Shown here piece by piece: positions 26,035 through 39,840 of a DNA stretch of 64,000 bases (within the stretch, counting starts at the first letter, position 1; each line of letters starts with the position of its first letter). The notes under the pieces were generated by a model. The model was given only the letters and a program-made list of their open reading frames with translations, made no database searches and was not told the DNA's origin. This DNA comes from Eledone cirrhosa (Eukaryota). The position numbers and the translations under genes were made by a program. Location of the stretch: assembly GCA_964016885.1 (NCBI GenBank), contig OZ024742.1:138508001-138572000 (forward strand), given 5' to 3'.

Positions 26035-26247
26035 TATATTTTTGACCGTTGGTCAGTTAATGATAAACATTGAGGACCAAATGAATTAACTGTGGAGATA
26101 TAAAAGATACAGAAGCGAAAACCAACCAAACAGTGAGTGTGTTCTGTTATTATTTCTGGCAATATTATTAGAAGAATATGACCCTCCCCAAGTATAACAA
26201 TATTTGTTTCGACACACGATTTCATATCAAAAACTTCGCAAAACAAA

Positions 26248-26250
<3 letters not shown>
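26035..26250. repeat. Dispersed repeat family next to (TA)n
   Basis: Modules gaccctccc.aagtataacaatat and cgacacacgatttcata also at 18385-18490 and 19540-19690. Confidence 0.7.
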
Positions 26251-26284
<34 letters not shown>

Positions 26285-26418
26285 ATGGAAGCGGTAAAAT
26301 CCGTTAGACCAATACTGGCGAGTGTACACGATACTTGGGGTAGTAGAGATGCTTGGGCCGTTTCAACAGCTAGATCTATATGCATATATATTATTGTAAT
26401 ATTATTATAACATAGAAA

Positions 26419-26606
26419 GGGAGGTGGATTGGCAGTATCGATAGAGGGTCGGACGCCATGCTTTGCCGCATAGAGTTACGGCCCTTTATGATCTGAGTTC
26501 AAATCCCGCCGAGGTTAACTTTGCCTTTCATCCTTACGGGGTCGATAAAATAAAGTACCAGTAATGCACTGGGTAATTGTTGGCATTGTGCCAAAAGTAG
26601 AAACAA
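26419..26606 (+). mobile_element. tRNA-derived SINE
   Basis: Consensus match; TSD attattataaca(t/g)agaaa. Confidence 0.92.
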
Positions 26607-27104
26607 TTATTATAACAGAGAAATGACTTCTACAAGACTGTTTCATTCGTATGAAATCCTCATGATAGTACAATACGAATAAACCAGGTATATTCCTGTA
26701 GACGTCAAATCTATAATAAAATAAAGATGCATGTAATATACTAACGTATTGAATAACTTTTTTAATTGCAGTCAGCTCACAATATACATCGGGAAAAAAA
26801 ACCCAGTTGATGGATGTGAATCCGAAATATATAGGGACTATTAAATCTCTCCCAAGGTAACTCTCTCTCGTGTTGTTATTTTTATTTTATCCTTTATACT
26901 CTTCCCTTCATTCTACACATCTCACACATCTTATACACAACACGCATCTCAACGTACATCCACTTACATCTCTCTCTCCACCACCGGACCTTGAACCCGG
27001 AGATTTACCCATTTGCATTGTCGAGGGTTCCAAACGACTTAAAGATATATATTTATTGTTCCACAATGCTTCAAGCAAACTTCAATACTCTCTTATATAT
27101 ATAT

Positions 27105-27157
<53 letters not shown>

Positions 27158-27168
27158 GAGAGGGAGCG

Positions 27169-27209
<41 letters not shown>

Positions 27210-27589
27210 ACTTAGGAAGATTAACAAAGAGAGGACAAGAGACAACGAGACAACGCACGGAAACAACAAAACTAAAAACAATCTTTTAATGGTAGACCTT
27301 AAAATATTTTTTTTTTAAATAATAATACAAACGAAATACACAGAACTCCATGGTCACCGGCCGTTGATATGGAATTAAGCAGTTTCGAACACTACCCACG
27401 GTACTGTTGGTCCATCCGGGGTCACAGCGTCAGACATAAGCCAAACGCTGCCCACTGGATTAAGAGACGAGGGACAAAACATTAATTTATAGCAATTATG
27501 CTACTGAACACAAAGAATTTTGTGTGACATCAGGGAGAATGTGTGGTGCCTCATATAGCACGAAATACATGAATGAAACATGCATAATT

Positions 27590-27896
27590 ATCTACATATA
27601 TATACACATACATATATACAAATCTACATACATACATACATACATAAAAACACACATACATACATAAATACATATGCATACATATATATATACATATATG
27701 TGTGTGTATGTGTGTGTGATTATATATATCTAGATATATGTACATGTATACGTACATACATGCATACATGCATACATACATATATACATACATTTTTATG
27801 TACATACATACATACATGCATACATACATACATAAATACATACATTTATATGTACATAAGTACATACATAGATACATAGATACATTCATACATACA
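27590..27896. repeat. Imperfect (TACA)n/(TA)n microsatellite
   Basis: Degenerate tetranucleotide array. Confidence 0.85.
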
Positions 27897-28497
27897 CGCT
27901 TTACCTAATCACTTAATCTCATATCAAAAAATAAATAAATATTATGGAATTAATCGATCGGAACTAGCGTGTCCCTATATTTATATCTAACGTAAACATC
28001 AGTTACATTAAAATATTAAGTTATTGCCAGTTTATCGCTAGAAGTAAACAGATGAGATAAGAAATACAGGCGTGAAACAAATTGAGGTTGGTTGCTAGGG
28101 AAATATATATAGGGTGGTTTAGTCATGTAAAAATCAAAATCCAGTCTCCGAAGTATACAGACTAGCCAATCAATTAGTTTTCCACATATTTTTTTCTCGA
28201 TGAGCCACTGTTAAGCGGTTTAAGCTGTGTTTTGCTACAGACATGACGTAAATGTTAGAATGCGGAATTCGTCAAACGCAATGAATATATTAGCTTTGAC
28301 AAACATCCTGCTTACTTTGCCTTTATATTCTGTGACTATGTATTTATTAGCAATCGGACATGTTTGTGTGTTTATGTTTGTGTGTGTATGTATGCTTATG
28401 TGTGTGTTTATTTAAGTGTATGTCAAGTTAAGTATTACGGAGCAAATATTAAACAAAAGACAAGATGGGAAGAGAATGAATGTATATATATAACAAA

Positions 28498-28725
28498 TTT
28501 AATATAGAAATGGCTTCTACTGGACTAAAACTGTTTCATTCGAAGGAAACCACCATGAAAGCCCTTTCCTTATACTGTCCTTCGACTAATTTAGGATAAT
28601 ATAAAAATGGCTTCTACAGAACTAGAATTGTTTCATTCAGAGAAAACCATCAGAAAAGGCCTTTCGTGGTGACTTCCTTTCAATGAAACAGTTCTAATCA
28701 TGTAGAAGCTATTTCTATATTAAAT
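28498..28725. repeat. Tandem plus inverted cluster of decayed HHR-like units
   Basis: aaatggcttctac...tgtttcattc twice in tandem, then an inverted third unit; related sequence at 26620-26660. Minus strand shows ctgatgg...GAAAC...GTA. Confidence 0.55.
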
Positions 28726-30431
28726 GTGTTGTATACACGCTACTAATGTATAGAGTGCCTTACTGGTTGTGGTTATATCATTATTGTATTTGTTTTGCAA
28801 GAATCTGCATGTGAATCGTGTGCTAAAATATGTTATTTTACTTCGGGTGAGTCATGTTGACAATAAAGAGACCCACACCAGTCTTCGCATTGGTTTTATT
28901 AGTTAACTACGCCATTCTTCAGTTAGTTTAGTACACGGATGTTTATTTTATTGCCATACATATTTGATAGCTAAAGCTCTTTCCGCACACATTGTGTGTG
29001 CTTCCTAATGCCTATTCTTGCTATGGTTTGATTTTGTTTTATCTAATCTATCGTTTTTTGCTGTATAGTGCAACACGAAATCATCTACAAAACGGCCATG
29101 ATAGGTCAAGACGCATAACTTTGAACATCATAAACGAAAGCAGGAAGAAATTATGTTCTATCACGACAGAGTCGGGAAAATTCTCAAAAAAGATAAATAT
29201 AGATGATTTAACACAAAATGACTATGTAGCAACATAATAATTTGTCCGTAGGATAAAACAAGATGCAAAACAACATGGCTACAATTAAATAAGGAAACGA
29301 TAGAAAGAAAACGTTATACATTGAAAATAACCCCAAATGCTTAAAGAAACAGATGTTTAACCTGAACAGAGCAATCAATAGCGCAAATGTATTATTAGCG
29401 ACAAAACAGAGAGATAGAGAGAGATTTCTCATCGCCGCCCGAGACAAAATTGGTTTGGACAAAATGTACCAAAATCTGGAACCTTTGAAGAAACTACAGG
29501 CCGCGTTATATATTTCCGTCTGCTCGATGTTGGCAAAAATGAATATATCCACGGTCACAACAAGACATCTTTATATCTACGTAAAACTCACTATTTAGCA
29601 ATAAGACTTACTATTTAGCTTTAATAAAATTAATATATGCGTGTGTATGAGAGAGTGTGTTTGTGTATGTTTGTGTGTATGTGTGTGTGTGTGTGTGTGT
29701 GTGCACGTGTGTCAGTGTGTGTGTATGTCTCCCTCTCTCTCTTTCTTCTCTTTATTTTTTTCTCTCTCTCTCCCTCTCTCTCTTCTCTTTCATTCTCTCT
29801 CTCACCCCTTTCTCTCTCTCCCTCTGTTTCTCTCCTAACAGACCACGTGTGAGTCTCTTGTTTGTCTGTATTAAAAGAGAATAAATAGGCTAAGAAATAG
29901 CTGACGAGTAGGTTCTCATTGACAAATTACTTTTCATTTCTGTTTCCCATCCTTATTAAAATATGCAAGTTAAGTCTACTCAACGTTTTACCTTTCTGGA
30001 AAAATATTCATTATCAAAGCGGTTTACTTAATTCGATACTGGATGGAGAATTTAATTTGGTTGTGTATTTGTTCCTTTTTTTAATTTGGTTGTGTATTTG
30101 TTTCCAGTAACGCTGAAAGCTTATCGAAGTTTTTGAAATAACTAGACGCTTCTTCTGGAGTTAACATTTCAAAGCAACGTTTACAAACATTAATCAATTC
30201 TGAAACAACTTAGTAAACTATTAATGGCTTCGCTATTTCACAATTTCTACTTTCATCTCAGAGAATTTATGAAATATCACCTCGGCTAATTTACAATGCT
30301 TGAAATTGTATTGCCTTTCCTGATCTGTCACCCTATCAGTCGCTCTGACAATACCTGTCTCCTTTCTCTCTTCTCACTCTTTTTCTCTTTCTCCCCTTCA
30401 CACTCTCTCTATGTATATATATGTATATATG

Positions 30432-30513
<82 letters not shown>

Positions 30514-30586
30514 TATATATATATATATATAAATAAATACAATATCGGAGAAAGCTTTTTAGCGATACTCCGGCCATGTATATATA

Positions 30587-30626
<40 letters not shown>

Positions 30627-30737
30627 GAATGTTATTTCTCGCCCAAGCACATCTGATGCATAAATGTAAGTATGCATATGTACACATACAACCACACACA
30701 CAAACAAACACAGACACACACATATGTGTTTATATAT

Positions 30738-30812
<75 letters not shown>

Positions 30813-30815
30813 TCG

Positions 30816-30922
<107 letters not shown>

Positions 30923-31057
30923 GAGTTAAACAAAATTCAATGAGTATATCAAAGAATGAGTTTTACAGTAGATTGGAAGCACTCTACGAAAAAATAATTT
31001 TCCAGAATTATTAATATTAGAATATAAATATTAATAAAATAGATGTTCTTTTGATCA

Positions 31058-31120
31058 ATTACATTTTATTATACATATTTCGGATGTACAACAGTACGTC
31101 CTCATCAGACAAAACATAAT
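31058..31120 (-). ncRNA. Type I hammerhead ribozyme motif
   Basis: Minus strand: attatgttttgt-CTGATGA-ggacgtac(tgtt)gtacatcc-GAA-atatgtat-A-ataaaatgtaat; 12-bp stem I with wobbles. Confidence 0.82.
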
Positions 31121-31197
31121 GATACCTGACATACCCTGAGATGTTAAATGGTTAAGATTTAATCAAGGTAGTATATATATATATATATACTATATAT

Positions 31198-31325
31198 ATG
31201 GTGGCTGCCAACTCGTTTTCGAGTACGGCCAATACTTTATATCTATGTAAGAGAACCCCTACCGATGCGCTGAACGAGTGTGACTTTTTAGTCCAGCCAG
31301 CGACTTGAAAACTATGGTACAAACT
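31198..31325 (-). mobile_element. RTE LINE 3'-terminal fragment
   Basis: 'CTIVFKSLAGLKSHTRSAH' and 3' end ...gagttggcagccaccat(TA)n, similar to the 3' end of the RTE at 43460-43560. Confidence 0.8.
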
Positions 31326-31639
31326 ATATATATATATATATATATACATATATACATACATATACATATGTACGTAACAATATTCGTTTGTAAACGAACA
31401 GCCCGATTAAAGCTGTGCCGTGTGTATCCTGTGATTTGATTCACACAATAGTAACTTGAATATGACTTCCAGCTTACTTCTCCAGCAATGTCTTGTAACC
31501 ATAACCACTTTTGAGTTTTGTAGTTGTTATTTTGGGCAAAATTAATTTTTTTTTTTTTTACGATAAGATGGCTTCAGAGAGCAAAATTATCGACAGCCAT
31601 ACGAATTAATGACAGTTATACAGCTTCATATCATATATA

Positions 31640-31890
31640 TGTGTGTGTATGTGTGTGTGTGTGTGTGTGTGTTCGTGTGTGTGTGTGTGTTCGTGTGTGT
31701 GTGTGTGTGTGTGTGTTCGTGTGTGTGTGTGTGTGTGTGTGTGTGTTCGTGTGTGTGTGTGTGTGTCTGTGTTCGTGTGTGTGTGTATGTGTGTGTGTGT
31801 ATGTGTGTGTGTGTGTATGTGTGTGTGTGTGTGTGTGCGCGTGTGTGTGTGTGTGTGTGTGTGTTCGTGTGTGTGTGTGTGTGTGTGTAT

Positions 31891-31932
<42 letters not shown>

Positions 31933-31947
31933 GAGAGAGAGAGAGAG
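31640..31947. repeat. (GT)n then (GA)n microsatellite
   Basis: Long GT array with periodic ttc interruptions. Confidence 0.95.
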
Positions 31948-32007
31948 ATTGGAAGACTATACTAAAGTAAAATTGTTTTCAGTGTAACTGTGTCTTAATA
32001 TAGTTAT

Positions 32008-32728
32008 GTATATATCTAAAACAGAGAATGTCTGTCTGTCTGTCTGACTCCCTAAAACTCAAGAACCACCCAACCGATTGTTTTCAAACTTTACATATGT
32101 AATACTTATGGTCCTGTGAGTGTTTTGAGCAAAAGGTATTTCAAATTTTCAATGCCCTGGGGACCGCATTGGGCGATTAACAATCTCTCTCTATAATTCT
32201 TAGTCTTTCTTTTTAGATAGATACATAGATATAACGTTGCGCCCTTATAATATATGTCTGTATGTCTGGATGTCTGCATTACGACATTATGACGCTGTGT
32301 GTGTTTATATATGTATGTATATATAGATTGATTCACAGATTGATTCTTTTTAGTTTCAGAAGATCCCGTTAAGGGTGAAAGCAGCGATTCTTTGCTTAAA
32401 CTTTAATCTTTTATTTTAATATATATATATAATTATATATTCGTGTACAGATATTTTTGCATACACAATAACAAAATATAAACAACCGTATTTATTTCAC
32501 GAGGCTCGACAGCAGCAAAAACATCAACAACAAAAAGGGAGGGAACGCAATTACATGCTTTTGAAAAATCTTAATGGAAAATTATTTCCTTATTCACCCA
32601 AGGCGACTTCACTTTTTATTAGGACTTCTGCATCAATTGGTGAACATACGACGAAACTGTTTCAGAAAGGAGGGTAAACATGCCAATCTATGTTTGGAAT
32701 CCCGAGCAACGCCGGGCCATTCTGCTAG
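32008..32728 (+). mobile_element. Non-autonomous Helitron
   Basis: 5' tatatctaaaacagagaat(gtct)n; 3' hairpin cccg agcaacgc cggg followed by CTAG|T. Confidence 0.75.
32352..32402 (+). ncRNA. Hammerhead-like motif with CAGAAGA core variant
   Basis: agttt-CAGAAGA-tccc(gttaa)gggt-GAA-agca...tgct-T-aaact; second copy at 48898-48947 with the same variant core. Confidence 0.5.
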
Positions 32729-32869
32729 TCTTATTAAAAGGATTTCTAGTTATTTCAGAAAGAATAGTGTATAACTTCTGCGAAAATGAAATTCACACTT
32801 ATATATTTCAGCTGTATGAATACAGTTTGTGTCTCATACTTCTATTCTATCATATCAATATTTTATATT

Positions 32870-35565
32870 GACATTGGGGGGGGGACTATCACCAGCGCCA
32901 CCGTCTCCGCTAACACTTTGGACAAAATTTTAACCTCTGTGTTTAGCAGATTTATGGGCCTGAAATTCTCTAACGTATCCCTCTCATTCTCATCTTTCTT
33001 TATCAGTGTTGCTACGCCCAGGCTCATCGAACTGGGAATACTCCAGTTCTGATGCCAGTTACAGTAGACCGCTTCGCAGAGATCGGTGAACAAGTCTGAC
33101 ATATTTACTTAAAGCTCGTGGGACTGACCATCAAAACTGGGTGACATGTACCTCATGCAACCAACCAAATCGTCCGGAATCTCGGCTGACGTTATCGGCC
33201 TTTCACAGCACTCATCATCGGCAGAGAAGAGTCACGTGAGGCCGTCGAGGTAGGAACTGAAGACGCCACCGTCTATGACTGCCCATCCGCCCCCAACGAA
33301 CAGTCGAGCAAAACGCTGGCGAAAGTTCGCATATCTGCCTGGAATCTTTCAGCGCACATTCGTCTCCGTCCGTCAAAGACCGAATCGGGATTTTCTTCCC
33401 ACGATTCACGGCTCATCGAACAGCTTTGGTTACCACGTTTCTTAAAGCAAGCACCTTATATCTGACAATGCAACCGTGTTTCGCATTGAAGAAATGGTCT
33501 AATGCCATTTGCGCCGCTAACACGTCAGTTGACTTGCCTAAACTGCAAACTAGGAGGTACGAAGATCTGATAGTCGTAAAAAATAGGGGCTGGTGTGCGT
33601 GTGTCGGAAATGATGGACTTGTTGGTGGAAGTCACATCCATATCTAACGACCTGAGGTCGTTCAGCAAGTGACCCTGCTTCCTGGATGACCACAGACAAC
33701 GAACATTTATTCATCCTACTCTTAAAATAGCCATGCTGGCTTATTGATCGAGAGAGGAAGGTTTACTTACCTTCTCCGTTTTTTTGTGGAGGTCGTATGA
33801 TTCCACCTACACGTTTTGTGGGGTTTCTTTTGGGAACTCTTTTGACAGCCTGCTCGTAGTTTTAACATTGGGGGTTCCCATGTCACATTGATAGCTCTCT
33901 TTCGTGCCTTTGTAGGTACCCTGCGACTTTAACACAATTATCAGGGCTTCCAGGATTCTAAATATGCTGGTTTCAAATATTACCCCTCCTTCTCGATGTC
34001 TGCTTTATGCTATGAGGGCCATAAATTTCTGGTTGGCCGTTCACACTAATACGAATCTGTTTGTCTATTAGCTTTGTTGTTGTGATTGTGCAATTTTTCA
34101 TTTGTGTATTGTAGTAGTGGTGTTGGTGTTGTTGGGGATGTGTCGGTGTTTGTTGCGTGTGTGGTTTCTGCGTTTTCTCTTGTTTGTGCGTGTGGTGTTT
34201 TTTCTTTTCTTAATTTTGTTCTGTGTCTGCGTTTTTTTTTTGTTTTTTTTTTTGGACAATGTTTCGGGACCGGGGTAGGAGAGCTTTTCTTATCTTCCCC
34301 TCATGAGGATTCTGTCTTGGTTGTAGATGTTGGTGGAGGTATAGCTGCTGCTGCTGGTGCTGTTGTTTTCCCTATTGCTGCTGTCGATGCTGGCATTGAT
34401 GATTATATCTTTTTCGCTCCCGACTCTTTTATGTTAACAGCAACGTAGTTTTGCGTCACCCAGCATTTTTGAGCTGAGGGTTACTTCTTCGTAGATGAAG
34501 CAGTGTGGCCTTCTGAACTCAGTGACCATCTGTATTGCAGAACCGTCCTGCAGGCGGACATGACCCTGGATGTTCTTCGGTTGACCCAGCTTGATTTGCA
34601 GGAGAATCTCCTAAATACACCCAGGACCAGTCCTATCTAGCTGTTTTGATGACGTCTATGAGGGTACCGTCGGTACCCTCCTCAATCACGCATCACAGGA
34701 GCCACCTTAAATCCAGTCCTAGTGGGATCTTGGGAGTGCGGATCCTTACACCTCTTTTGCCCATTTGGGGCGGGTACATCACAATGTGGTCCGTTCTAAA
34801 GGGGGCCACCGAGAGTTTGACAGCAGAGGCTTCGGTTTCGAATAACACCGAGATGGTGCCGAAATGTCTACCCTTTGCTATTTTCCCAATATCTTCTCAG
34901 ATACATTTCAGTGCAGTTTCCACTCCAGATTGTGGGGTTAATTCCGCTTTGAAGTTTTGCACTGAAATACATCTAAAATTAAAGTACTCCGTTGTGTTGC
35001 CGCTATTTATCCGGCTGGGACGGGTAGGTTGGCCCAGGTTTTCTCTCTTTTGATCAATTTCCACCCATGGACCAAACGGTCTTCTTTGTCATTTAAATCC
35101 CAATGGAAAAAGTGTCTTTGTTTCCACTGCAGCAGCTATGTACTGTTATTGATGTTATTCCCGTTGTTGTTGTTGTTGTTGTTGTTGTTGTTACTGGTGG
35201 TAACAATCGGCTTGTCACAGTCCTTTTTCCTACTTTTGTTGCTGGTGTTGTTGTTGCTGTTTTTGTTGTTGTTTTTGTTGTTGTTGTTATCATTGTTTTT
35301 TCATTTGTTTCGTTGCTGCTGTTATTGTTGTCATCATTCACGTTTTTGTTGGTGGTGATGTTGTTAATTTCGTTGTTTGTGTTGTTGTCATTGGTACTTT
35401 CGTCTGTTCCGTTTTTGTTGTTGGTGACGCTACCCGTGGTGGTCGTAGTGGTATCACTGTTCATAATAGTCGTGGAAGTGGGGGTGGTGTCTCTTCTCTC
35501 AGCATTTGAACCGCTGTCACGTGACAGCTGTCTTAACGTTTGGTGGCGAACTCCGTCAATGATTT
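32870..35565 (-). mobile_element. L1/Tx1-like LINE, 5' portion, degraded and 3'-truncated
   Basis: RT N-terminal fragment 'LGVATLIKKD...LENFRPINLLNTEVKILSKVLA' (32863-33102); upstream ORF1 remnants with a Thr/Asn-rich N-terminus (35093-35638). Confidence 0.78.
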
Positions 35566-35915
35566 GTTTTAAAGAAAAATGCGTTAAGAAAAATAAAGTT
35601 AACTTCGGTGGAATGTGAACCCATAACATAAAGAGCATAAAGAAATGCGATAAATCGTTTCTGCTGCTGCTCTAACGATACTGCCAATCCTATCAAAATT
35701 ATTATTATTAAATCTAATAGTCCTATTTTATTTATGCATCACTCCATTGACAACTTAGTCTGTGTGCCTTCAAAACCTAAGGAAGTGTATACTATTGACA
35801 TAAACGCTGTAGGATTCCATCTTTGAATGTTTTAGTTTCAGAAAAATGTTTACGCACTTAACACATCGTATCTCATATCACAACATAGAACTTTAGAAAA
35901 CAGATATTTTTTGTT

Positions 35916-36162
<247 letters not shown>

Positions 36163-36488
36163 TTTTAAGCTAGACATGAAACACCAGTCAGCACAGGGAA
36201 AGTATTCAATGTTGACAATAGCTGTACTAATGGTGTGCTCTTAGTAAATTAGAGGTAAATCAAAATGTTCGCTGGGCAGCAACTGGACTGTTAAAAAAAC
36301 GAATCAATCTACATTAAGTTGTAGATGTCTCTTGGTAGCTATCGTGTATTCGTTTATCCTATTATGTCTAAAGATAGTTATCTGTTCATCGTAGAATAAA
36401 AATTAATTTCGCTATGGCTATTCGGTCTAATGATAACTCTGTCTAATGTGTGAATGTACATTAGCTTTATTATTTATATTATTATTTA

Positions 36489-36882
36489 AGGGCGGTGAAT
36501 TGGCAGTATCGGTAGAAGGTCGGACAACATGCTTTGACGCATAGAGTTAAGGCCCTTGCCATTCTGAGATCAAATCCCGCCGAGGTTGACTTTGCCTTTC
36601 ATCCTTACGGGGTCGATAAAATAAAGTACCAGTAATGTACTGGGTATTTGCTGGCCTTGTGCCTAAAGTAGAAAAAATTATTTATATTATTATTAAGGGC
36701 GCTGTTTTGACACCATCGGTAGAGCATCGGACAAAATGCTTTGAGGCATAAGAGTACGGCTCTTTACGTTCTGAGTTCAAATCGCAACGAGGTTAGCTTT
36801 ACGTGGTCGAAAGTACCAGTAATGCTCTGTAGTCGATTTGATTGAGTTTCTGCTCCCCTAAAATCGTTGACCTTCTGCCTAA
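36489..36882 (+). mobile_element. Two adjacent SINE copies (36489-36680 younger, 36695-36882 decayed)
   Basis: Consensus match; both preceded by tatttatattatta. Confidence 0.85.
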
Positions 36883-36887
36883 ATATA

Positions 36888-37240
36888 TTCTTCTTCTTCT
36901 TCTTCTTCTTTGCCCAATTATTCCTGAGAGTGTCGTGGGGGCAGAATCCCAAAACACTCCCTCCAGCTGGTCTTGTCAGAAGCAACTGTTTCTATCTCAT
37001 CCGGCTGGATCTCATGGATGTTGCCCTGGGTAACTTGCCGGTTGATTTTTACCCGTAAAATCTATCTACCGATTCTTTCCTGAAAAATTTCTAACCACAT
37101 ACCCATAGTATCGGAGCTGTGATCTCTCCATTCTGAGAAGTAGCTGCTCTACCTGGAGTTACTCTCTGATCTCTGAGCTACGCACTTTATCGAGTAACGT
37201 TACTCGAAAGACCCTTCGGAGGATCCCCATTTTGGCCGCT
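36888..37240 (-). mobile_element. Retroelement fragment with (GAA)n tail, probably RTE-related
   Basis: GC-richer block ending in (ttc)n on +, i.e. a (GAA)n tail on -; no clear protein motif. Confidence 0.4.
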
Positions 37241-39114
37241 TGTATTTGCAATCGTATTCTTTCGGTCAATACCCAAGAGCCATAACCACATGTAAGGGTT
37301 GGCACGAATACCGAATTGAAGATGCTTTAATTCGTGTAATATTGTGTTCTATATGTAGTATTTACGTGAATACTTTATGTACGGACAGTATGATTTGTTG
37401 CTGTTCAGTGCGCATATATCAGTATATTTTGAACCATTTGGTCTGCCACACAATATGCTACAAATAATATAAATCACCTTCAAAGTACATTCTCCTGTTT
37501 CGAGGATGTAATCATACATATAACTATACAGAATGTTCAGAGCCGCAGCAATTTGAACACTGGCCTTCTTTATAAGTACTAACAGGGGCCGAATCAACAT
37601 TGATATTACATAACATTAATACTATATGAATTTCTACTTCATTTTAGTTATACATAATTTTGTATTAATATTCCAAGATAAACGATGAAGATTTACATTT
37701 GTGGCTAACTGGCAGTAGAGGGTGTCATAGTGAGTTAAACCACAAACCAACGGAATAAAAGATTTATATCATTTAATATTTCCTTATACAACCCAAGATC
37801 AATAAAATAAGAATTTGTTTTTCTGCATATATGTCTCACTTTAAGAAATACGTATTTGCTGATAAAGCTATTAGATATACAGTTATTGTATTATTGGATA
37901 TATATTTATTATATTTGTAATGATTACCTGTTCTTTGCAATGACTCCAATTTTGTTCTGTATACGATCAAAATAGATTAAAATATTTGCTATCGAACTTC
38001 AATGGTTCGAAATAAATTTAATGAAAGTAAAGTGAAACATTTACAGACATGCACATTGTCAAATATAATGGCGATTGTTATGAAATTTGTTATAAAATTA
38101 TAAAAGAGAAATTAGTATTAAGACATTTGAAAAGTGCATAGAGTAGTTTAAATGTCCAGCAAAATATGATAACTAAGTAAGTGATTTTATATTGCAGGAA
38201 ACACTAATGGGAACTATTTGCAGAGTAAACGTAATGGACTAAAATTATGAAACACTACAATCACAATTTCAATTCTAGTATTGGTGCTGTTTTGTGGTGC
38301 GCTAATTTGTAAATATTCTCTCTGCATATGTATATGAAAGAGAAACCATATTGAGAACTTTCTTTAACATTTTCTTTCACATAAAATGTAATGCTGTATC
38401 TGACTTTGAATCAGATGTTAAGATTTTTCATGAATTCTAATATTCGAAATATTCAAAGAATAGGCATTTAAAAATCATAAATCAGAATGATGATAATATT
38501 AACGGTCAATTTAATATACAATATTTCTTTGTTTAATATCCACATGCATAAATCTGGAATCGAATTTGTAAAAAATACATCATGGTGTATACGTGTATAT
38601 TATTTTGAAAGGCGTGAATATTTATCATCAAATTTTCTGGTTTCTCATACATTATTGATTCATTAATGGTTCTTTCTTCTTAATATATAACAACGGTTAG
38701 TTGTTGTTTCGGTAGAAGGGATCGACACATTCAATTAAAACTAAATATGAGTTATTGAATGTTCTCTATACTTTCAGATATATAGTTCTATATAAAAAGT
38801 TACATACAAGGAAACATTAATGACGGCATTAAATTACAGCTGTAACGTTTTCTATTCGACAAAAACTGACGTATTTACTGAGGATACAAATACGGGGCAA
38901 AATCAATTTGTATACATTATTTCTGCTGGCTTTATAGATGCTGCGAAGCAAACAATATCAAACAAGACCTGAATATAATATTGCGATGCAATTATTGTAC
39001 AGAACCTTCATTTACTTAAACTACTTGGATTCTTAGATGTTTTATCTTTTGTGTGTTGTGCAGTAACTTGCCGTGAGGGCAATTTACTTCGCTTTACGCT
39101 GGTTGTTATGCTAA

Positions 39115-39302
39115 TTATTTCTACTTTTGGCACAAGGCCAGTAATTTCCCAGTGCATTACTGGTACTTTATTTTATCGACCCCATAAGGATAAAGAGCAA
39201 AGTTAACCTCGGCAGGACTTGATCTCAGACCATAAAGTACTGTAACTCTATGCTGCAAAGCATGGCGTCTGACCCTCTACCGATACTCCCAATCCACCGC
39301 CC
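39115..39302 (-). mobile_element. tRNA-derived SINE
   Basis: Consensus match; imperfect TSD ggttgtta(tgc/cga)taat. Confidence 0.9.
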
Positions 39303-39840
39303 CTTGGTTGTTACGATAATACAAACAGATTTATACTGTCTAAAGTATAATTAGATTTCTAAATCTATAAGAGACAGTTGCTGTGTTACATACTAGTTGA
39401 AATACACCAACTTCAGATGTAAGTTGAACAGCAAATCAGAATACATATAAGGTTCAAAGTAAACTGGACTAAACAATAAATGTCACCAAGAATATATTAT
39501 AAACAACACACCTGCACCTAGACGAGTATAAAGTACACCTATTAACGGAATTAACCAATTATTTTCCCAAGCTACCACGATAAACAATGGCACGAGCAAA
39601 TGACTGTACCTTTCTCAACTAACTCACATCTATAGCACCACGACAAACACCAAGACAAATACAGACTCCAATCGATACACATGAACACACTGTAACTGTA
39701 GACAATCCAATAATGCCCTTTGATGGCTAAGTGGATGTTTAGAAACCTGCGTGAAATTAAATTGGAATTGGGGATGTTTAAAAACGTGGGTTCTACATTT
39801 AACCTTTCTAAATAATATATATATATGTATGTATGTATGT

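Noticed and set aside
28990-29600. Possible decayed PLE N-terminal coding region
   Set aside because: Lys/Arg-rich broken frames without a diagnostic motif; cannot be supported without a search.
34086-35618. Hydrophobic Val/Leu-rich plus-strand ORFs resembling membrane proteins (also 63458-63986 on minus)
   Set aside because: They are antisense readings of the AAC/ACA-rich LINE ORF1 tracts.
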